From: Nitrospirales bacterium
Lineage (GTDB): Bacteria > Nitrospirota > Nitrospiria > Nitrospirales > UBA8639
Direction of reading: 5' to 3'
Assembly (NCBI GenBank): GCA_963692935.1
Contig: OY843588.1
Span: 1,699,989-1,763,988 of the forward strand
Length of the DNA: 64,000 nucleotides
Each line of letters begins with the position of its first letter. Position 1 is the first letter of the stretch. The notes under the pieces are model-generated. The model searched no databases and was not told the DNA's origin. It saw nothing but the letters and a program-made list of their open reading frames with translations. This document shows, piece by piece, positions 46,861 to 55,336 of the stretch. Made by a program: the position numbers and the translations under genes.

Positions 46861-47911
46861 AAATATCTCAAAATCAGCGTTGGATAAGGTAATACGCAAG
46901 TCACGCGTTCATTTGTATAAACCGATTCAGATCGCGGAAATATTGTTTCATCACAGAACCCAAAAAGAGCTGCGTTTGAAGGACTTGGAATCTTATAGAA
47001 ACAGGTCAAAGCGTTGGCGTGACGAAATATCCGCACTTTTAGTCGGTCGGAAAAGCACTTCAAGCCAAAAATATCAAGACAACATTTTTGAGACCAACGC
47101 GATGCCGGTGGAATTGCTTGCACAACTCGGGAAAATCAACAAAGAAGGCAAAGGCTTTGTCGAAGCGTATATTTACAAAGCGTTGGAAAATCGGCTCTCA
47201 TCGATTCATACAGTTTACAAATATGTCAGTTCGTCGACGGCCGACAATTTTTCCCTCAAGACACTTGTCTCTTCATTTCAAACCATGCCCGGCCTTCGTC
47301 GGAGCATAGACAAGATATACGAAATTTTGGTTTACGCGCTGTTCGCGACAATCGTTCGAACGCTAAAAGCACAAGTAACGTTGGAAATTGAGAACAAAGA
47401 TAAAGAAATTTTGAAAGACTTTGAACGATTCATCAAAATGGTGATGGGAATTGACTCGGAACAAACAAAATTTGTTTTGCCAGCCGCTTTGTATCGAGTT
47501 GGAGTAACCAATGCCGCCGATAGGGGTTTGGACATGTGGGCGAACTTTGGCCCGGCGATACAGGTCAAACATCTCACACTCACGACTGAATTGGCGGAGG
47601 ATATCGCCGACACTATCACCGCCGACAAAATCGTTATCGTTTGCCTTGACACCGAAAGAGAAGTGATTGCATCGCTACTACAACAAGTCGGTTGGGGCAA
47701 GAGAATACAGGGCATTATCACAATCGGAGACTTGGACGATTGGTACAAACTTTGCTTGAACACAAAGTACCGCAATAACCTTGGAGCGGAGTTACTCAAA
47801 GACATAAGCAGGGAGTTTGCAGAGGAATTTCCTTCAAACAAAGAAATCACCCCATTTATGAAGGAGCGAGGCTATGACACCATTGTCATGCCTCATGATT
47901 GGGAATCTTAG
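46850..47911 (+). CDS. Type II restriction endonuclease, HaeII-family-like
   Basis: The N-terminus ALDKVIRKSRVHLYKPIQIAEILFHHR matches my recollection of the HaeII REase family, but I have not verified this. The gene overlaps the MTase stop by 11 nt and is followed by vsr. Confidence 0.55.
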   Translation: MHTENISKSALDKVIRKSRVHLYKPIQIAEILFHHRTQKELRLKDLESYRNRSKRWRDEISALLVGRKSTSSQKYQDNIFETNAMPVELLAQLGKINKEGKGFVEAYIYKALENRLSSIHTVYKYVSSSTADNFSLKTLVSSFQTMPGLRRSIDKIYEILVYALFATIVRTLKAQVTLEIENKDKEILKDFERFIKMVMGIDSEQTKFVLPAALYRVGVTNAADRGLDMWANFGPAIQVKHLTLTTELAEDIADTITADKIVIVCLDTEREVIASLLQQVGWGKRIQGIITIGDLDDWYKLCLNTKYRNNLGAELLKDISREFAEEFPSNKEITPFMKERGYDTIVMPHDWES

Positions 47912-47924
47912 GCTTGATTTTCGC

Positions 47925-48335
47925 ATGGACAAGGTTTCCAAAAAGAAGCGAAGTGAAATTATGTCTCGGGTACTAAGTCGAGATAGCCAAATAGAAATCT
48001 TATTTCGAAAAGAGCTTTGGAAACGAGGTTTTCGTTATCGCAAAAATTCGGGAAAGTATTTTGGAAGGCCGGATGTCGTTTTGCCGAAATACAAAACTGT
48101 TATTTTTATTGATTCATGCTTTTGGCATGGATGCAACAAACATTGCCGTCTTCCGACAACAAGAGCGAGAACATGGGAGAAAAAAATAGCGGGAAACAAA
48201 GCGCGAGATAGATTGGTGAACCGGTACTACAAGAAAACGGATTGGAAAAACATAAGAATTTGGGAACACGATCTAAAGAAGAAAGATTTCAAGTTCGATT
48301 TTAGAGAGATAAGGCGAAAGAAATCGATCTTGTGA
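47925..48335 (+). CDS. vsr: Very-short-patch repair endonuclease
   Basis: Diagnostic blocks are SRDSQIEILFRKELWKRGFRYR, GRPDVVLPKYKTVIFIDSCFWHGC and IRIWEHDL. Confidence 0.9.
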   Translation: MDKVSKKKRSEIMSRVLSRDSQIEILFRKELWKRGFRYRKNSGKYFGRPDVVLPKYKTVIFIDSCFWHGCNKHCRLPTTRARTWEKKIAGNKARDRLVNRYYKKTDWKNIRIWEHDLKKKDFKFDFREIRRKKSIL

Positions 48336-48336
48336 T

Positions 48337-49392
48337 ATGAGCGCAAGCAACAAACTAAAATCCGTGGATTTTTTTTCAGGAGCGGGCGGCTTGACGCACG
48401 GCCTGAAGGCAGCGGGGATTGCCGTTCTCGCCGGAATTGATATTGACAGCTCTTGCAAGGCGACGTTTGAAAAAAATAACAAGGGGGCCGTGTTTCTTGA
48501 AAAAGATATCTCAAAATATTCTCCAGCTGAATTGGAACGGGATTTGAAAATCGAAAAAAACGATGGCAATTTGGTTTTTGCCGGTTGCGCGCCTTGTCAA
48601 TTTTGGAGCCTTATCCAGACAAACAAGGGAAAATCCCGAAAGACCAAGAATCTTATTTGGGATTTTCAAAAATTCATCGAATATTTCAATCCTGGCTTCA
48701 TTGTGGTGGAAAATGTCCCTGGAATTTCCTCGAAGCCGGAAAGTCCAATGGAACAGTTTATTCTTACCCTTGAATCCTCTGGATATAACGTTGCGCACGA
48801 CATTATGGACATGTCTCTGTACGGTATTCCGCAAAAAAGAAAACGTTTTACTTTATTGGCATCTCGCGTTTCAGCCATTTCACTACCAAATCCAACAAGC
48901 AAGGAAACAACCGTCAGGGACGTTCTCGGCACACAAAATGGATTTCCAAAAATCGAAGCGGGCGCAAGAGACGAAACAAGCTTTCTACATACCGCCGCAG
49001 GCTTAAGCAAAAAAAACTTGGAACGCTTGCGAATGACGGAGAAAAACGGCGGAGACAGATCGAATTGGCAAAACAAGAAAGCCTATCAACTGCCTTGTTA
49101 TGCTTCCAGCAAAAAAAAATTCCCCGATACTTACGGTCGCATCTGGTGGGATAAGCCTGCTCCGACAATCACCACAAAGTTTCTCAGCATTAGTAACGGT
49201 CGTTTCGCTCATCCAGCGGAAAACAGGGCTATCTCATTACGAGAGGGAGCGACCTTGCAGACCTTTCCAAAATCTTACAAGTTTGTTGGAACAAGTACGG
49301 GTTCTATCGCAAAAATGATAGGCAATGCCATTCCTCCGAAATTTGCGAAGTTAATCGGAAGACAAATTGTAAGGTCCGCCCAAAAGGTATAA
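48337..49392 (+). CDS. dcm: DNA cytosine-5 methyltransferase (second)
   Basis: Motif I is VDFFSGAGG, motif IV is GCAPCQFWS, motif VI is VVENVPG, motif VIII is QKRKRF and motif X is GNAIPP. The gene starts 1 nt after the vsr stop. Confidence 0.92.
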   Translation: MSASNKLKSVDFFSGAGGLTHGLKAAGIAVLAGIDIDSSCKATFEKNNKGAVFLEKDISKYSPAELERDLKIEKNDGNLVFAGCAPCQFWSLIQTNKGKSRKTKNLIWDFQKFIEYFNPGFIVVENVPGISSKPESPMEQFILTLESSGYNVAHDIMDMSLYGIPQKRKRFTLLASRVSAISLPNPTSKETTVRDVLGTQNGFPKIEAGARDETSFLHTAAGLSKKNLERLRMTEKNGGDRSNWQNKKAYQLPCYASSKKKFPDTYGRIWWDKPAPTITTKFLSISNGRFAHPAENRAISLREGATLQTFPKSYKFVGTSTGSIAKMIGNAIPPKFAKLIGRQIVRSAQKV

Positions 49393-49401
49393 ATTCGCAT
49401 C

Positions 49402-51096
49402 ATGTCGCAAACAACATTACAAATGACATTTGATCCGAATACGATAGAGCATCTTGGTGCTCGCATGTATTCAACTCTACCTCCCGTGTTGTCTGAGCTG
49501 GTCGCCAATGCACACGATGCCGATGCTGAACATGTTGTGCTAACGCTGAAAGACATAAACGGGAAAAAAGAAATCATTGTAGAGGACGACGGGGTAGGCA
49601 TGTCTTTCGATGAAATCAACGACAGGTTTCTGAAAATCGGAAGGAACCGAAGAACGGAAGAGCGAACAAACACCACGCCGAAAGGAAGGCAAATTATCGG
49701 GAAAAAAGGGTTGGGGAAATTGTCGTTTTTCGGCATTGCGCACGAAATAGAAATCGACACACAAAAAGACGGGAAGAGAAATGTTTTTCAGATGAAATGG
49801 GAAGATATCAAAAAATCGACAAAAGCGTATGAACCCCAAATCGTTCACAAAAATAAGGATTGTTCACCGAACAAACATGGTATAAAAATAACATTAAGGA
49901 ATATGCAAAGAAAAACCGATTTCGATCCCAATTCTCTAGCGAACAGCTTATCAAAAATATTTATTGTCGATACCATGTTTGAAGTTTCGATACGACACAA
50001 TACAGAAAAACCAATAGTTGTTTCGAATACAATGAGATACGCCGGCTTGCAAATAGAAGTTGAGTGGAAGATTCCAGATGACTGCGGATACCGAAGCAAT
50101 TATAACAGGGCAAATAAAATCTCTGGGTATTTGATGACGGCAACAAAACCAATACCAACAAACGTGCGGGGAATCGTTCTGTTTTCAAGAAAAAAGATGG
50201 TGAATCAACCCGAATTTTTTTCGGATAGCACATCAAGCCACTTTTTCTCCTATCTGGCCGGATTTCTTGAAGTGGATTTCATAGATGATCTTGAAGATGA
50301 CGTGATAGCGACGAACAGGCAATCCCTAAATTGGGGGCATGAAGAAACTCAAAAACTCCGAACACACTTGCGCGGTCTTATCGGGTGGATGGAAAAAGAT
50401 TGGCGTGACAAACGAAACAGAAAAAGGAAAAAGAATCTGAACGAAAAGACGGGAATAGATATCCCCAAGTGGTTTAGTACGTTGCCCAACGAGATCCGGC
50501 CACAAATCGATCTGGTGATCCAAATAATCACGCAAGACTCGGAATTGACGGAAGGAACAAGCCAAAAGGCCATCAAGGCAATTCATGATATTGTGCCAGA
50601 ATACCCCAAATATCATTGGCGACACTTGCATCGAAAGGTCCAAAATGCATCGGAGACAGATTACAAAAAACAAGACTATTACAGGGCATTTCAAGAAGCG
50701 GTGAAACGGTATATTAATGAGGTGAAAACAAAATCTGAAATCACCGAAAAGAGTGACCAAAGCATGATGGGCCAAGCGTTTGGAAACGACCGAGGCTCAA
50801 TATTGCAAGTTGCAAAAGTTAAAAAACTGGATGGTGATTATTTTAGTGACACGACTAGAAACAATATTGAGGACGGACAAAAATTTTTGTCAATGGGAGT
50901 CGTCTCCGGCTGTCGAAATCCGGTCTGTCACGAGGAAATTGTTGAGTTGAGAGATTCCGGCTTGTTCCGTGAACAAGATTGTCTTGATGCTTTGAGTTTG
51001 TTGTCTCATCTTTTTTACAGACTTGATAATTCAAAAAAAATTAAGGGTCAAGATAACTTGAGCGGGTCTTTTCTGCATGATTTGAGCAGTATTTGA
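49402..51096 (+). CDS. MORC-like GHKL ATPase fused to a C-terminal Ymh/TIGR02391-type domain carrying an R-x4-H dyad
   Basis: 564 aa. The N-box is ELVANAHDA (32-40), G1 is DDGVGM (62-67) and G2 is GKKGLGKLS (100-108). A basic linker reads KDWRDKRNRKRKK. The C-terminal block is YYRAFQEAVKRY...MGQAFG...GQKFLSMGVVSGCRNPVCHEE...ALSLLSHLFYRLD, with R505 and H510. The last 19 codons are read from the IS end. Confidence 0.75.
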   Translation: MSQTTLQMTFDPNTIEHLGARMYSTLPPVLSELVANAHDADAEHVVLTLKDINGKKEIIVEDDGVGMSFDEINDRFLKIGRNRRTEERTNTTPKGRQIIGKKGLGKLSFFGIAHEIEIDTQKDGKRNVFQMKWEDIKKSTKAYEPQIVHKNKDCSPNKHGIKITLRNMQRKTDFDPNSLANSLSKIFIVDTMFEVSIRHNTEKPIVVSNTMRYAGLQIEVEWKIPDDCGYRSNYNRANKISGYLMTATKPIPTNVRGIVLFSRKKMVNQPEFFSDSTSSHFFSYLAGFLEVDFIDDLEDDVIATNRQSLNWGHEETQKLRTHLRGLIGWMEKDWRDKRNRKRKKNLNEKTGIDIPKWFSTLPNEIRPQIDLVIQIITQDSELTEGTSQKAIKAIHDIVPEYPKYHWRHLHRKVQNASETDYKKQDYYRAFQEAVKRYINEVKTKSEITEKSDQSMMGQAFGNDRGSILQVAKVKKLDGDYFSDTTRNNIEDGQKFLSMGVVSGCRNPVCHEEIVELRDSGLFREQDCLDALSLLSHLFYRLDNSKKIKGQDNLSGSFLHDLSSI

Positions 51097-51779
51097 TAGA
51101 TTGTATCGTGGCGATGATTGAACCTGAACTCACACTCTTTGAGGTGCAAGTAAAAGGTCTGCCGGTTCATGCCGCGGAACTTGGCGAGGCGGCTTTTGGC
51201 ATACCCCCAGAACCCCTCAATGCCATTGATGTGAACATGCCCGCGCACAAACTCGTCGGTGCCGTGCGCCACTTTGAAGTGCTTGCCGTAGCCGATATCC
51301 ACCAAGCCATCATAGCCGCGCCAGCTGTCCGAATAGATGACGCTGTCGATGCCCACGCGCCCGCGAATAATGGCTTGGAGCGTGGCTTTGCGGCAGTCCG
51401 GCACGAGTTCGGTATACACTTGGCCGTGGCGTTTGAAGAGGCCGAACACGGCGGTTTTGCCGAACGCTCCGCGTCCGCGTTGGCCTTTGATCCGCCGAGT
51501 GCCGAAGTAGGATTCATCCACTTCAATCTCACCGGCGACCGGCAAGGCGGCATCGCACCAGGCGGCCATGCGCTGGCGCAAAGCGCGCAGGTAACAGTTG
51601 ATCGTGAGGCGGCTGAGGCCGCTGATTTGGGCGATTTGCACGGCGTTCAAATCGAGGGAAAAAAGACGCACCAGCACCCTGAATTTCTTCTCCGAGATTC
51701 GGGAACGGATGATATACCGGTTTTTCATTGCCAATCAAACGGTTATACATCTTTTACTCGCCTTAAGTTATCTTGACCC
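51045..51779 (-). mobile_element. IS1595-family insertion sequence (IS1016-size, 735 bp) with an 8-bp target-site duplication
   Basis: The terminal inverted repeats are GGGTCAAGATAACTT at 51045-51059 and its reverse complement at 51765-51779. The direct repeat AAAATTAA occurs at 51037-51044 and 51780-51787. Confidence 0.9.
51048..51734 (-). CDS. IS1595-family DDE transposase
   Basis: 228 aa. Diagnostic blocks are EIEVDESYFG, GQRGRGAFGKTAVFG, IYSDSWRGYDGL, INGIEGFW and ECEFRFNHR. Confidence 0.9.
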   Translation of the reverse strand: MAMKNRYIIRSRISEKKFRVLVRLFSLDLNAVQIAQISGLSRLTINCYLRALRQRMAAWCDAALPVAGEIEVDESYFGTRRIKGQRGRGAFGKTAVFGLFKRHGQVYTELVPDCRKATLQAIIRGRVGIDSVIYSDSWRGYDGLVDIGYGKHFKVAHGTDEFVRGHVHINGIEGFWGYAKSRLAKFRGMNRQTFYLHLKECEFRFNHRHDTIYQILLKSCRKDPLKLS

Positions 51780-51787
51780 AAAATTAA

Positions 51788-52069
51788 TACATGAAGTTGG
51801 TAACCCGGGCGGTGAATCTCTTTCCGCCAACTTTCCCGTTCGGCCAGCCAGGAGGGAAATTCAAAGTCGAAATTGTCGGTTTCAATAAGTCGCACATTCG
51901 TCCCCGTTATCCTCGTCAGCTGATCTGGTTTCCGCCACGACAATCTCAATCGGTCGCAACGCAACCGCCGCAAAGGGTGCACCCTTGACTCTCCATGTCC
52001 GAAAACGATGCTCCTGGCCAGCCCTCGGATTTGGCACATTCTTTGGAACGATGACGGCTGGATTATCAA
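51788..52069 (-). pseudogene. 5' fragment (about 93 codons) of a gene truncated at the island/IS junction, possibly a DNA methylase N-terminus
   Basis: FEFPSWLAERESWRKEIHRPGYQLH resembles the N-terminal motif of Zn-ribbon-type DNA methylases (...RE....KE..RP.Y..HKWWA), from memory. The similarity stops at about 51791, where GC content drops and the IS target duplication begins. Confidence 0.3.
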
Positions 52070-52087
52070 CGAACAACGTCGAGAGGC

Positions 52088-53344
52088 TTACTGAATCCGG
52101 CGGATTTCTTTGGTCTGCAGTCTGGCAGGAGAAGGCAGAGGCATGACGCCACAGTCCCGAACCGTATCCAAAAGGCGATCCGCCAGGAGACGTTTCGGCA
52201 ATCGCTCGACCTGAATGGCCTGTCCATGACGGGGAAGGAAAATTGCTTCATTGGTATCGCTGCCAAAGGCGGATTGCGCGCCAGTCGCACGGTTAATCAC
52301 AATGAAATCCAAGTCTTTTTGTCGCAGTTTGTTCCGACCGTTGGCGAGCAAATCCCCGGATTCGGCCGCAAACCCGACCAGCACCTGATGCGTGCGTTTC
52401 CGCGACAACGATTCAAGAATATCGGGCGTCCGTTCAAGATCCAGTGGCGCCCCGTTCCATTCGTGTTTTTTGATTTTCGCCGCAGAAGGATGCCGAGGGC
52501 GAAAGTCTCCCACCGCTGCCGTCATGACGAGGACCGTGGCCCAGGAAAACCTGGCATCCAATGCGTGCAACATCTCATCCGCCGTCAGCACGGAAACGAA
52601 TATGACATTGGGAGGAGGCGCCAGCGCCGTCGGCCCGCTGACGAGTACCACTTCCGCCCCGCGCCGGGCCGCGGCTTCCGCTACGGCGTATCCCATTTTC
52701 CCCGATGAGGCATTCGTCATAAAACGAACCGCGTCCACGGGTTCCCGTGTCGGGCCGGCGGAGACGAGCACCCGTTGCCCCGCCCAATCCCGCTGCAGGG
52801 CAAGACAGGCCATCACCGCCTCCATCACCACACGTTCGGCGGGCAACCGTCCTTTGCCCACCAGACCGGATGCCAGTGAGCCTTCTTCCGGCTCCAGGAC
52901 CACCACCCCGCGGTCGCGCATCGTCCGCACGTGAGACACCAGCGCGGGATGGTCCCACATGTCTCCATCCATGGCCGGAGCCATCACGATGGGACAGCGC
53001 GCCGCCAGCAACAGTGTACTCAGCAGATCATCCGCCAGCCCAAGCGCGCATTTGGTCAGGCAGTTCGCTGTTGCCGGAGCCACCAGCACCAGGTCGGCCT
53101 CTTCTGTGGCCCGCAGGTGCGGCATGGGCTCCGCATCGGCAGAGAGATGGTGACACACCGGCTGTCCGGACAACGTTTCAAAGGTCAGGGGCGCCACAAA
53201 CCGCGTCGCGGATGACGTCATGACCACGGACACATCCGCCCCGTCCCCGGTCAATGCCCGAAGCAGTGACACGGCCTTATACGCCGCGATGCTCCCCGTG
53301 ACACCCAGGAGAATCCGCCTGCCCTGTAATACATTCCTGCTCAT
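52088..53344 (-). CDS. coaBC: Bifunctional phosphopantothenoylcysteine decarboxylase/synthetase
   Basis: The N-terminal part reads GRRILLGVTGSIAAYKAVSLLRAL. The CoaB half contains SAGPTREPVDAVRFMTNASSGKMG. Confidence 0.93.
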   Translation of the reverse strand: MSRNVLQGRRILLGVTGSIAAYKAVSLLRALTGDGADVSVVMTSSATRFVAPLTFETLSGQPVCHHLSADAEPMPHLRATEEADLVLVAPATANCLTKCALGLADDLLSTLLLAARCPIVMAPAMDGDMWDHPALVSHVRTMRDRGVVVLEPEEGSLASGLVGKGRLPAERVVMEAVMACLALQRDWAGQRVLVSAGPTREPVDAVRFMTNASSGKMGYAVAEAAARRGAEVVLVSGPTALAPPPNVIFVSVLTADEMLHALDARFSWATVLVMTAAVGDFRPRHPSAAKIKKHEWNGAPLDLERTPDILESLSRKRTHQVLVGFAAESGDLLANGRNKLRQKDLDFIVINRATGAQSAFGSDTNEAIFLPRHGQAIQVERLPKRLLADRLLDTVRDCGVMPLPSPARLQTKEIRRIQ

Positions 53345-53381
53345 GCCGATGACTCAAGCGGTGTACGCTTCACCGTCGGGC

Positions 53382-53738
53382 TCAGACGCCGGGGGCCGCT
53401 TCTTTTGGCGAATCCTCAACGTAGACACCAAGATGCTGTTGAATTTCCCTGGCATTTTCAGCAGCCTCCGCCGACAACGGTTGTTCCGGAGCGCGGTCCG
53501 GTCTGTTCCTCGCTTCACGAAGAGACTGACGCGCTTCCTCCCCCATAACATATTCCACGTTGCCTCCCAGCACTTCTTCGAGGGCCATGGAGGTTTCCTT
53601 TTTAAATTTACTGGTCTGCGATCGTTTGGCCCCACGCATGAGCTGTTTCGCACGCTGGGCAGCAACCAGGACCACCCGATAGCGGGAATCAAACGCGCGC
53701 GCTCTTTCGTCCAACAACAATGGAAGCATATCAATCAT
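53382..53738 (-). CDS. rpoZ: RNA polymerase omega subunit
   Basis: The sequence reads FDSRYRVVLVAAQRAKQLMRGA. Confidence 0.85.
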   Translation of the reverse strand: MIDMLPLLLDERARAFDSRYRVVLVAAQRAKQLMRGAKRSQTSKFKKETSMALEEVLGGNVEYVMGEEARQSLREARNRPDRAPEQPLSAEAAENAREIQQHLGVYVEDSPKEAAPGV

Positions 53739-53771
53739 GACGGTCTCTCCTTTACATGCAGTAACACACGG

Positions 53772-54437
53772 TTATGTTGCCATCTCTTTCGTCGGCGCCT
53801 GCGCCAACAAACCACTGTTCTCAAGCCAGTTGACATCCAACCGGCTTATTCTAAGCCGTTCGGCCAGGATGATGGACTCCAATTCCTTCACGGCCCGAGA
53901 GAGTTCCGCGTTCTGAATGAGGTAATGGTAATCCTTGCACTGTGCAATTTCCTCGCCAGCCCTTTGGAGGCGCCGTTGGATATCGTCCTGCTGCCCATCC
54001 ACCACCCGTTGATCGAGGCGTTGTTTCAGTACGTCAAGCGACGGCGGAGCCACAAACACCAGCACGGCCCCGGGAAACCGCTCCCGGATTTGCTTCGCCC
54101 CCTGGGTATCAATATCCAACAACACGTTGACGCCGCGTTGCATGGCCTCGACCAGGGGACGCTTCGGGGTCCCGTAAGTATGACCATACACCTCCGCCCA
54201 TTCAACAAACGCCTTGTCATTCACCATGGCTTGAAAGTCGGCAGCTTCAACAAAACAATAGTCGACGCCCTCCCGCTCGGTGGGCCTCGGACGTCTCGTC
54301 GTACAGGACACCGACAACATGGTCTGCGGCACATGCTTCACGATCGAGTTGCACAACGTACTCTTGCCCACTCCGGAAGGCCCCGACACCACAACCAAGA
54401 CCCCGTTACACGACATTAGTCCAGCCTCCCCACGCAT
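53772..54437 (-). CDS. gmk: Guanylate kinase
   Basis: The sequence reads VVVSGPSGVGKSTL...SCTTRRPRPTEREGVDYCFV. The true start may be the internal ATG at 54416. Confidence 0.92.
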   Translation of the reverse strand: MRGEAGLMSCNGVLVVVSGPSGVGKSTLCNSIVKHVPQTMLSVSCTTRRPRPTEREGVDYCFVEAADFQAMVNDKAFVEWAEVYGHTYGTPKRPLVEAMQRGVNVLLDIDTQGAKQIRERFPGAVLVFVAPPSLDVLKQRLDQRVVDGQQDDIQRRLQRAGEEIAQCKDYHYLIQNAELSRAVKELESIILAERLRISRLDVNWLENSGLLAQAPTKEMAT

Positions 54438-54457
54438 CCCCCGCGTCGCACGACGAC

Positions 54458-55336
54458 CTATTCCACATTCTGCACCTGCTCGCGAATCTTTTCCAGTTCG
54501 CTTTTGAGCTGGATGACAGACTGCGCAATCTCCGCATCATTGGCTTTGGAACCTATGGTATTGACTTCCCTGCCCATTTCCTGCAACAAAAAATCCAGCT
54601 GCCGTCCGACAGGCTCCCGCCGTTTCATCATCCCGGAAAATTGTGTCATGTGACTCTGAAGCCGGGTGAGTTCTTCGCTCACGTCGCATCGGTCCGCCAG
54701 AAACGCGACATCGCGCGCGCCCGTGGTCTCCCCGCTGTCTGACGACCCGACCAGCTCCCGCACACGCAAACGCATGCGGTCCTGAAGGCCTTTGACCGCG
54801 CGGGGCAGACGGCGCTGTATGGACCGATGCAACTCCCGCACGGCTGTCAACCGTCTGGTCATATCAACCTGAAGGGCCTTTCCCTCCGTCGATCGCATCC
54901 GGTCAAGATCCGCCACCGCGCCGGCCACGAGCCGCTTCACCACCAGACCGGTTTTTGTCTCATCAAGAGAGGTTTCCGCCACCCGAAAAATTTCCCGGAA
55001 CGAGGCTAAGAGACTAATGTCAATTTGCCCTCCCAGTTTGAAATCGTGCTGCAATCGTTTGAGGGTCTGATAATATTGACGAGCCACAGGCTGATCAATC
55101 GTCAAACACTTGCCACCGCCCGGCTCCTTCGCATAGGTCACGGTTAGTTCGATTCTCCCTCGACAACATGTCCGGGCCACAAGTCCTTTGAGTTCTTCTT
55201 CCCGCTCAAGTCGCCCTTTGGGCAATCGGGTCACAATCTCCCGAAAGCGGTGGTTCACCGACCGGACTTCCACCACAATGGCCTGTCCTTGAGATATCCC
55301 CTCCCGTTTTCCAAACCCGGTCATGCTTTTCAACAT
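54458..55336 (-). CDS. yicC: YicC-family stress-induced protein
   Basis: The N-terminus MLKSMTGFGK starts at 55336. The C-terminal block reads NTIGSKANDAEI...LKSELEKIREQVQNVE. Confidence 0.88.
   Translation of the reverse strand: MLKSMTGFGKREGISQGQAIVVEVRSVNHRFREIVTRLPKGRLEREEELKGLVARTCCRGRIELTVTYAKEPGGGKCLTIDQPVARQYYQTLKRLQHDFKLGGQIDISLLASFREIFRVAETSLDETKTGLVVKRLVAGAVADLDRMRSTEGKALQVDMTRRLTAVRELHRSIQRRLPRAVKGLQDRMRLRVRELVGSSDSGETTGARDVAFLADRCDVSEELTRLQSHMTQFSGMMKRREPVGRQLDFLLQEMGREVNTIGSKANDAEIAQSVIQLKSELEKIREQVQNVE

Noticed and set aside
49111-49119. A9 homopolymer in the second dcm (plus A8 and T8 tracts at 49009-49016, 48369-48376 and 46354-46361) as phase-variation switches
   Set aside because: The island is AT-rich and the tracts are Lys or Phe codon runs. 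Lengths are at or below the usual threshold for A/T-tract slippage. Population data would be needed.
51812-51830. gtgaatctctttccgccaa as a degenerate attR copy of the tRNA-Ser 3' end (gaatcccaccctctccgccaa)
   Set aside because: Only the last ~10 nt match well (9/10), and a 4-nt gap is needed. The stretch lies inside the coding frame of the truncated minus-strand gene (WRKEIH), and no integrase is present.
53220-54419. 399-aa plus-strand ORF
   Set aside because: It is antisense to rpoZ and gmk, both of which carry canonical motifs. It is a shadow ORF.
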